Shown in pieces: positions 27,337-33,979 of a DNA stretch of 38,337 nucleotides. The notes beneath the pieces are model-generated. The model was not told where the DNA came from. It saw only the letters and a list, made by a program, of their open reading frames with translations, and did no database searches. Both the position numbers and the translations under genes were made by a program. Position 1 is the first letter of the stretch. Each line of letters begins with the position of its first letter. Source of the DNA: Candidatus Peribacteria bacterium (GTDB lineage: Bacteria > Patescibacteriota > Gracilibacteria > Peribacterales > Peribacteraceae); NCBI GenBank assembly GCA_041691135.1, contig JBEPVF010000014.1, positions 1 through 38,337 on the forward strand, written 5' to 3'.

Positions 27337-28086
27337 ATGTCTCCCTTTCAGCTCTTCACCGCCGATGAGATTGCCTCGCTTCGAAAAGGGGGAAAAATTT
27401 TGCGTGATTGTCTGCAGGAAACGGCCAAGCATGTGCGACCGGGCATCACGACGAGGGAATTGGATGCGATTGCCGAGGAATTCGTGCTGTCGCATGCGGG
27501 TGCGCGGCCGGCGTTTAAGGGGTACCGCGGATTTCCCGCCACACTCTGTACGTCCATCAACGAAGAAGCCGTGCATGCCATTCCGTCTGATCGTGTTTTG
27601 GAAGACGGCGATATCGTCTCGCTCGATGGCGGTGTGATTTTCGACGATCTGTACACCGACGCGTGTCTGACAGTACCGGTGGGAACTATCTCGTCAGAAA
27701 CGCAGGCATTTCTCGCTGCTACGGAGGAGGCATTGCGTTTGGTAGTCAAAATGCTTCATGCCGGTGTTCGGGTGGGGGATATCTCCCACACCGTTCAATC
27801 TTTTATTGAAGGGAAAGGATATAAGTGCCTGCGGGCCCTCACCGGTCATGGACTCGGCAAGACACTCCACCAGTTCCCGGATGTGCCGAATGTAGGCAAG
27901 GCTGGCACAGGCGCAATCATCCCCGCCGGTACCATCCTGGCCATCGAGCCGATCACGTCCATGGGATCCGACGAAATTCGTGAGGCTGACGATGGCTGGA
28001 CCCTCTCGACCCGCGATGGCGCCCTGGCGGCGCATTTTGAACACACACTGCTTATCAATGAGGCGGGATGCGAGATATTGGCATAA
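27337..28086 (+). CDS. map: methionine aminopeptidase type I
   Basis: PAFKGY.GFPA.LCTSINE...H.IP, DGDIVSLD.G, GHG.G...H..P.VPN, AIEP and AAHFEHT. Confidence 0.98.
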   Translation: MSPFQLFTADEIASLRKGGKILRDCLQETAKHVRPGITTRELDAIAEEFVLSHAGARPAFKGYRGFPATLCTSINEEAVHAIPSDRVLEDGDIVSLDGGVIFDDLYTDACLTVPVGTISSETQAFLAATEEALRLVVKMLHAGVRVGDISHTVQSFIEGKGYKCLRALTGHGLGKTLHQFPDVPNVGKAGTGAIIPAGTILAIEPITSMGSDEIREADDGWTLSTRDGALAAHFEHTLLINEAGCEILA

Positions 28087-28229
28087 TGAAAGAACAGAGG
28101 TCCGATGCCTCTTCAATCACCCCGGTCACCCGTTTCTGGCTCTTTAGATGTATTTAATACCTGATAAAACATTTTTAATAAGTTGCAAGTCCATTTTCTT
28201 TTCCACATCCAAAATACAGGGCTTATTGC

Positions 28230-28258
28230 TTGAGAGCAGGCACTTCTCTCTGTAGGAT
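28230..28258 (+). promoter_or_regulatory. promoter for the infA-rpmJ-alpha cluster (TTGAGA-17-TAGGAT)
   Basis: -35 at 28230-28235 and -10 at 28253-28258, about 30 nt before the infA GTG. Confidence 0.6.
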
Positions 28259-28288
28259 TCGTCGGCTTTTGACCCCGCACTTTTCTCT

Positions 28289-28597
28289 GTGTCTAAGGAT
28301 GTAATCGAACTCGTCGGCATTGTTATTGAGAGTTATCCCAATGCCACGTTTCGCGTCCGAGTGACCAGTGACCAAGCCAAGGATCACGAGCTGCTTTGCC
28401 ATCTGGCAGGGCGCATGCGCGTTCATCGCGTACGCATCCTGCCAGGCGACAAGGTGAAACTCGAGATGACACCATACGATCTGAACAAAGGCCGCATCAC
28501 CTACCGGTTCTCGGCAGGCGGCCCCGGTCCCGGCAGCACGCCTCCGCCAAGTGTTCCCGCTGTTGCCCCCATCGATTCTCCCGCCACTCCTTCCTGA
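28289..28597 (+). CDS. infA: translation initiation factor IF-1 with Pro-rich C-terminal extension
   Basis: [42 protein letters not shown]; GTG start. Confidence 0.97.
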   Translation: MSKDVIELVGIVIESYPNATFRVRVTSDQAKDHELLCHLAGRMRVHRVRILPGDKVKLEMTPYDLNKGRITYRFSAGGPGPGSTPPPSVPAVAPIDSPATPS

Positions 28598-28603
28598 AGT
28601 CCC

Positions 28604-28732
28604 ATGAAAGTCCGTCCATCCTGCAAACCCATCTGCTCCAAGTGTCGTCGCGTCCTTCGTCGCAACGGCAAGGGTAAAGTGATCCGCCGCATCGTCTGCG
28701 AAAATCCCAAGCACAAGCAGCGTCAGGGTTGA
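28604..28732 (+). CDS. rpmJ: 50S ribosomal protein L36 (42 aa, zinc-ribbon type)
   Basis: Translated by hand: [42 protein letters not shown]. Not in the ORF track. Confidence 0.97.
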   Translation: MKVRPSCKPICSKCRRVLRRNGKGKVIRRIVCENPKHKQRQG

Positions 28733-28760
28733 TTCAATCCGTACTTTTCTTTTTCTTCTC

Positions 28761-29141
28761 ATGATTCGTATCTCAGGCGTCGTCCTACCGGGTAACAAAC
28801 GCATCGAAATCGCTCTTACGGCGATCAAGGGCATCGGCCGTCCCATGTCCAAGCGCATCCTCAATGAACTGAATGTAAGTCTGGACATGAAAGCTGATGC
28901 ATTGACCGAAGCCGATCAGGCCCGTCTGCGCTCCCGTGTCGAAAAGGAACTCACCGAAGGAGAGCTCGCCCGCAAGATATCGCTCGACGTGAAGCGCCTG
29001 CAGGACATCGGTACGTGGCGCGGTTACCGTCATCGCCGCAAATTGCCGGTTCGCGGCCAGACATCCCGCCGCAATGCACGTACCAAGCGTGGTAAGAAGC
29101 GCACAGGCACATCCGGTCGTACGGTTCTGACCAAGACATAA
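28761..29141 (+). CDS. rpsM: 30S ribosomal protein S13
   Basis: RISGV.LP..KR..IALT.I.GIG, RG.RHRR.LPVRGQ and NART. Confidence 0.98.
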   Translation: MIRISGVVLPGNKRIEIALTAIKGIGRPMSKRILNELNVSLDMKADALTEADQARLRSRVEKELTEGELARKISLDVKRLQDIGTWRGYRHRRKLPVRGQTSRRNARTKRGKKRTGTSGRTVLTKT

Positions 29142-29176
29142 TTCTGCATTTTCAATTCTCAATTCTCAATTAATTC

Positions 29177-29614
29177 ATGGCTGATACTCCTGAACTCTCC
29201 GTCGATACGACCGCCATCAAGGCTCCCGAGCCCAAGGCCGGTGCCCGTAAAAAGAAGATCAAGCGTAATCTTCCCAAAGCACGTGTCTGCATCAAGGCTG
29301 GGGAGAACAACACTATCGTCACATTTACGGATCTGGAGGGAAACGTGATTGGCTGGAGCAGCTCAGGCTCGGCCGGCTTCAAAGGAACACGCAAGTCGAC
29401 GCCGTACGCCGCCAAAGTTGCCGCCGAATCCGCGGCTATCAAAGTGAAGCCTTTCGGTATCGAATCGGTGAGCGTGGAAGTAAAGGGTCTCGGACCAGGA
29501 CGCGAACAGGCGTTGCGTGGACTCCAGAGCAGCGGCCTGAACCTGGATGCCATTGTCGATACAACCCCGATTGCGCACGGCGGATGTCGTCCTGCAGGTC
29601 GACGTCGCGTGTAA
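29177..29614 (+). CDS. rpsK: 30S ribosomal protein S11
   Basis: NNTIVT.TD..GN...WSS.G..GFKG.RKSTPYAA, GPGRE.A.R and D.TPI.H.GCRP. Confidence 0.97.
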   Translation: MADTPELSVDTTAIKAPEPKAGARKKKIKRNLPKARVCIKAGENNTIVTFTDLEGNVIGWSSSGSAGFKGTRKSTPYAAKVAAESAAIKVKPFGIESVSVEVKGLGPGREQALRGLQSSGLNLDAIVDTTPIAHGGCRPAGRRRV

Positions 29615-29659
29615 TTCTCCATCTGTCATCTCACCTTTTATTCACTCTCTCGTCTCTCC

Positions 29660-30274
29660 ATGAAATACACTGGTCCCAAAGCGAAGCGTTGCCGACGACA
29701 GGGGATGAACCTGTACGGTACCGATAAGTACGACAAGATCCTTCAGCGCAAGCCGCAGGGTCCGGGCAAAAGTCCGCGTGCGCAGACGAGCAAGCCGTCC
29801 GAATTCGGCAACCAACTGCGCGAGAAGCAGAAAGCGCGCGATATGTACGGTCTGTCCGAGAGTCAGTTCCATCGCTTGTACCGAGAGGCGTCCCGCGTGA
29901 GCGGTCAGACGGGTGAGGCTCTTAAGCAACTGCTTGAGCGTCGTCTGGACAATGTCATTTATCGCAGCGGCTTTGCGATGACCCGCATGCAGTCGCGCCA
30001 ATTTGTAAATCACGGTCTGTTCCTGGTCGACGGCGTCCGCGTCACCACTCCCAGTTTCCAGGTGAAGCCGGGTCAGGTGATTACGGTTCGTCCGCGCACC
30101 AAGAACTCAGCCGTTTTCGGTCCTATCCAGGCGGCCCACGAGAAATATAATGCCCCGGGCTGGCTCAAAATGGATCGCGTTGCCATGCGCGTGGAGGTGG
30201 CGGCTCTTCCCGCACCGGATGACGCCGAGAAGGCGATCGACACCCGGCAGATCATTGAGTTCTATTCGCGCTAA
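29660..30274 (+). CDS. rpsD: 30S ribosomal protein S4
   Basis: YTGPK.K.CRR.G, QLREKQK, LERRLDNVIYR.GFA, RQ.V.HG and IIEFYSR. Confidence 0.98.
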   Translation: MKYTGPKAKRCRRQGMNLYGTDKYDKILQRKPQGPGKSPRAQTSKPSEFGNQLREKQKARDMYGLSESQFHRLYREASRVSGQTGEALKQLLERRLDNVIYRSGFAMTRMQSRQFVNHGLFLVDGVRVTTPSFQVKPGQVITVRPRTKNSAVFGPIQAAHEKYNAPGWLKMDRVAMRVEVAALPAPDDAEKAIDTRQIIEFYSR

Positions 30275-30311
30275 TCGCGCTCCTTCTTCCTCTCCTTTTC
30301 TCCTTCTCGTT

Positions 30312-31307
30312 ATGCATATCATTCAGGAAGAAATCGGTCTCCCAACCTTTACGGTCACCCCGGTGAAGAAGGGCGACGATACTCATGCCATTTTCTCCAT
30401 CGCCCCGCTGCCTCCAGGCTATGCGATGACGTTGGGCAATGGTTTGCGTCGTGTGCTGCTCTCCAGCTTGCCTGGTGCTGCGGTGACTTCGGTGCGCATC
30501 AATGGTGTCCAGCACGAATACACGACCATCAAGGGCGTGCGCGAATCGGTTCTCGACTTCACACTCAATCTCAAGGGCCTCAAGATCCGCAAGCATCGCA
30601 AGGAGCCCGAAGTGATCACCCTGGAAGCCAAGGGTCCGGCCCGCATCACAGCGAAGGATCTGAAGGTGACGTCCGATATCGAGATTCTCAATCCGGAACT
30701 CGAATTGTTGACGCTCGAGAAGGGTGCATCAGTCGATATGCAACTGACGATCGAGAAGGGCGTGGGATACATCTCCGCTTCCGAACGCAATAAGAAGCAG
30801 AACGAGCCGGGTCTGATCTACATCGACGCGATCTACTCGCCGGTGATGAAAGTCCGCTTCGATGTCGAAGCCGCTCGTGTCGGTCAGCGCACCGATCTGG
30901 AAAAACTGAGCTTGAACGTGAAGACCAATGGTTCGCTCACGGCTGAGGAGGCGATGCAGTTCGCGTCGCAGCTGCTGCAGAGTTATTACGGTTACTTCGG
31001 ATCGGATCAGAAGATCGTGGAGCCCGAGTTCATCGCTGATTTCTCCCGCTCGGCTGCCGCCCACGTGGACGACAATACGCACACGCCGGTCAAAGAGACC
31101 TACACGCCGATCGAAATCCTCAACTTCAGCCCACGCACGCTCAACGCACTCATCAATGCCGGCGTCGGTTCCATCGAACAGCTCACCAAGTGCACGGAAG
31201 CCACGCTCAGCAACTTCCGCGGTTTCGGTGCCAAGGCGCTCGACGAAGTGAAGGCCACCCTCGGTGAACGCGGACTCAAGCTCGCTTCCGACACCATCGA
31301 GAGTTGA
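30312..31307 (+). CDS. rpoA: RNA polymerase subunit alpha
   Basis: PL..GY..TLGN.LRRVLLSSLPGAAVT, HEY.TI.GV.E, IDAIYSPV, RVGQRTD and alpha-CTD SPRT.NAL...FG.KAL.EV. ATG at 30312. Confidence 0.98.
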   Translation: MHIIQEEIGLPTFTVTPVKKGDDTHAIFSIAPLPPGYAMTLGNGLRRVLLSSLPGAAVTSVRINGVQHEYTTIKGVRESVLDFTLNLKGLKIRKHRKEPEVITLEAKGPARITAKDLKVTSDIEILNPELELLTLEKGASVDMQLTIEKGVGYISASERNKKQNEPGLIYIDAIYSPVMKVRFDVEAARVGQRTDLEKLSLNVKTNGSLTAEEAMQFASQLLQSYYGYFGSDQKIVEPEFIADFSRSAAAHVDDNTHTPVKETYTPIEILNFSPRTLNALINAGVGSIEQLTKCTEATLSNFRGFGAKALDEVKATLGERGLKLASDTIES

Positions 31308-31370
31308 TGCGCTCAGGAATTGACAAAACTGCCCTAACCATAGACTATTCTCGCCCTCTGAATCTCCCCC

Positions 31371-31829
31371 ATGCGTCACCGTCACAATCGTCTCCGGCTC
31401 CGTCAAAAACCGCCCCATGCGCGTCTGCTCAAGCGTAACCTCGTCACGTCCCTCTTCCTGTACGAAAGCGTGCGCACGACCAAAAAGCGCGCCGAAGTGA
31501 TCCGCCCGATCGTCGATCGTCTGATCACGATCGTAAAGACCAAGGAACCGATGAACGCCATCCGCGCGATCAACATGGTGGTGACCGACAAGAACGCCAG
31601 CCGCAAAATGATGGAGGTGATGAAACCGCGCTACGCCAAACGTTCATCCGGGTTCACCCGCATGACGCCGCTCGGTGCACGCCGGGGCGACGGTGCGGAG
31701 CTCGTCACACTCGCCTTGTTGGAAGGTGAGGAAGTAGTCGTGGCAAAGAAACCAGCCAAAGAAAAGACACCGAAGACGAAAAAGACAGAGAAGAAATCCG
31801 TAGCATCATCCACTTCTTCCGCATCATGA
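31371..31829 (+). CDS. rplQ: 50S ribosomal protein L17 with Lys-rich tail
   Basis: MRHR, RNLVTSL...E...TT..RA, SGFTR and RRGDGA. Confidence 0.97.
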   Translation: MRHRHNRLRLRQKPPHARLLKRNLVTSLFLYESVRTTKKRAEVIRPIVDRLITIVKTKEPMNAIRAINMVVTDKNASRKMMEVMKPRYAKRSSGFTRMTPLGARRGDGAELVTLALLEGEEVVVAKKPAKEKTPKTKKTEKKSVASSTSSAS

Positions 31830-32257
31830 AGACGACGACTACTCCCGTATCGGCTCCCGCCTGGCATCTGGTCGATGCCGAGGAACAGACCATCGGACAC
31901 ATCGCATCCAAAGTCGCTCATGTTCTGCGCGGCAAGCACAAGCCCACGTTTTCGCCGCATCAGCTGTGTGGAGACCATGTAGTGATCGTCAATGCTGACA
32001 AGATGGCCATCTCGGCCTCCAAAGCGATGAAGAAGCTGTACCGCGATCACACCGGCTATCCCGGTCATCTGCACACCCGCACGCTTGGTACGCTTATGAA
32101 AGAAGATTCGAGCGAGGTCATCGAGCTCGCTGTCAAAGGTATGCTCCGCAACAATCGTCTCCGACCCCAGATGCTCAAGCGCCTCCATATCTTTAAAGGT
32201 GGCGAGCACACCTACGCCGCTCAGAAACCCGCTCCCATCAACCTCTCCGCCCTATGA
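31826..32257 (+). CDS. rplM: 50S ribosomal protein L13
   Basis: W..VDA, LRGKHKPTFSPH..CGD.VV.VNA, HTGYPG and AVKGML. Confidence 0.97.
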   Translation: MKTTTTPVSAPAWHLVDAEEQTIGHIASKVAHVLRGKHKPTFSPHQLCGDHVVIVNADKMAISASKAMKKLYRDHTGYPGHLHTRTLGTLMKEDSSEVIELAVKGMLRNNRLRPQMLKRLHIFKGGEHTYAAQKPAPINLSAL

Positions 32258-32661
32258 ATCCTTCCGACACCAAGCGCCAGTACTTCTATGGCACCGGCAA
32301 ACGCAAGACAGCCATTGCCCGCGTCAAACTTTTCGACGATGGTAAAGGCGATCTGACGGTGAACGGATTGAAAGCGAAGGAGTACTTCACGCCGGATCAG
32401 ATCGAGAATGCAATGGCACCGCTCGTATTGGCCGGCAAGAAAGGACAGTTTGATGTCGAGGTCATCCTGGTCGGCGGTGGCAAGTCGTCGCAATCCGATG
32501 CGTTGCGCCACGGTATCAGCCGCGCGTTGCTGCTCATCAATCCCGATTATCGTACCGATCTCAAGCGAGCCGGATTCCTCCGCCGCGACAGCCGCATCAA
32601 AGAGCGCAAGAAGCCGGGACTCAAGCGAGCCCGCCGCGCACCGCAGTTCAGCAAGCGTTAA
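32254..32661 (+). CDS. rpsI: 30S ribosomal protein S9
   Basis: YGTGKRKTAIARV, GGG.S.Q..A.RHGISRAL and RD.R.KERKKPGLKRARRAPQFSKR. Confidence 0.98.
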   Translation: MNPSDTKRQYFYGTGKRKTAIARVKLFDDGKGDLTVNGLKAKEYFTPDQIENAMAPLVLAGKKGQFDVEVILVGGGKSSQSDALRHGISRALLLINPDYRTDLKRAGFLRRDSRIKERKKPGLKRARRAPQFSKR

Positions 32662-32670
32662 TCACTATTT

Positions 32671-32889
32671 ATGCGCGATGTCGTTGGTCCACTTGCCGAT
32701 CCGGACGGAGTGGCGGATATTAGGCATCTTCTTCCTGAGCATTTTCGTTCCTGTAGCCTGGAGAAACTGCAGTTGGCTGTGGAGCGCATACGAGATAGAG
32801 ACACTCGTGCTTTTCTTAGTCAGTTGCTCAATGAGGTGACTGTTTGGGAAAGCTGTAAACTGCCGAAAGATAAGCACGTCCGATGGTAA
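32671..32889 (+). CDS. possible small hypothetical protein (72 aa)
   Basis: ATG 9 nt after the rpsI stop; the ORF fills the gap to the convergent gene ending at 32902. No family recognised. Confidence 0.4.
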   Translation: MRDVVGPLADPDGVADIRHLLPEHFRSCSLEKLQLAVERIRDRDTRAFLSQLLNEVTVWESCKLPKDKHVRW

Positions 32890-32901
32890 GCAGGATCTCG
32901 C

Positions 32902-33252
32902 TTATTGCAGACTGATCATACAACCTTGTCGGTGCAGATTCTGAAGCTGACTGATAGTCGCAGCAGGATTTTTCACCTCATTCATTTGAATAGTGCGTTG
33001 GTTGTCGGGACCTTGCAGTGAGAAACTGACCTGAAATGATTCCAACTGATCAACAGCGGCATCGTGAAAATCACCTTCTGCACCGTTTTCCACCCTCTTT
33101 CGAAATTGTTCCGGGAAGATAATGTTCATAATTATCGGATGACGCGCCGACACAATTGCGTCGATTATTTCCGGATCCAGTAGCATTTCTTGCTCAGGAG
33201 CTTGAGGTTCGATGTCTTGAAGCGTGTCTGTTTCAAAAGCTGCAATACTCAT
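32902..33252 (-). CDS. hypothetical acidic protein
   Basis: ORF 32902..33303 with the likely ATG at 33252 (MSIAAFETD...); AT-rich promoter-like region upstream. Confidence 0.6.
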   Translation of the reverse strand: MSIAAFETDTLQDIEPQAPEQEMLLDPEIIDAIVSARHPIIMNIIFPEQFRKRVENGAEGDFHDAAVDQLESFQVSFSLQGPDNQRTIQMNEVKNPAATISQLQNLHRQGCMISLQ

Positions 33253-33394
33253 GATAAGTGGAAGAAAGTTCAGGCATGATTCCTTCGATGAGTCAAAAAC
33301 CAAAACAACTTGCCGTTTTTCTACTATTTAATCCATTTATGTTATAAACATAACAAAAAAGGTCCTCGGTCATCTCGGTTCCTTCGGATTCCTC

Positions 33395-33751
33395 TCAAAC
33401 AACTGCCATCTTTACATAATACAAACTCTTGCCGTCGTCCGTATCCAGGATGAATTTTGCATCGAGTTCACTCAATTGCAGGATTGTCTGACACATCTTG
33501 AGCAGCATATGGGCAGGCAAGCTGATGCCTGATTCCAGGCAGGTGGCGCACAGGCCGGCGGCGTCTTTTGAGCGGAGATACTTCTCGCCGCGTTCCAAAA
33601 TCACGTTGTACATCGATTCCTGGACCTGCAGCACGAACTTCTCGACGAAGGTTTCCAGTTCCTCAAACGGAATATCCTGCATCTGCGGCAGAACCTCCAT
33701 GATGTCGAGGTCAGTGTGGATCGCATGGGCGATGCAGGCATCGATTGTCAT
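33395..33751 (-). CDS. hypothetical protein (Cys-containing, CATC motif)
   Basis: Likely ATG at 33751 (MTIDACIAHAI...), G-free A/C leader, TGgTATCAT extended -10 upstream, GC3-rich codons like the core genes. Confidence 0.75.
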   Translation of the reverse strand: MTIDACIAHAIHTDLDIMEVLPQMQDIPFEELETFVEKFVLQVQESMYNVILERGEKYLRSKDAAGLCATCLESGISLPAHMLLKMCQTILQLSELDAKFILDTDDGKSLYYVKMAVV

Positions 33752-33979
33752 AGGTGTTTGGGGTGTTTGTGTGTGATTCGAACGAATCCAGATATGATAC
33801 CAAAAAATGGCCATTTGCGGTAGGGCCAGATGCTGAAAACAGCGAGAGTGTCCTTGCGTAAAAATGAATATGTTTTGGAGTTGCGAATTCAGCACTGAGA
33901 GGCGTCCCATGTCTATCAATTCGTTTGCTCTCCATCATTCCTTATTCCGGATTCAAGCTGCTCGTATTACAGTAATCGC

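Noticed and set aside
13968-30311. Long N-terminal extensions implied by ORF-track starts for rplC, rplD, rplB, rpsH, rplO, rpoA and 25425..
   Set aside because: Homology and gene overlaps point to downstream starts at 14046, 14642, 15759, 21128, 23735, 30312 and 25629.
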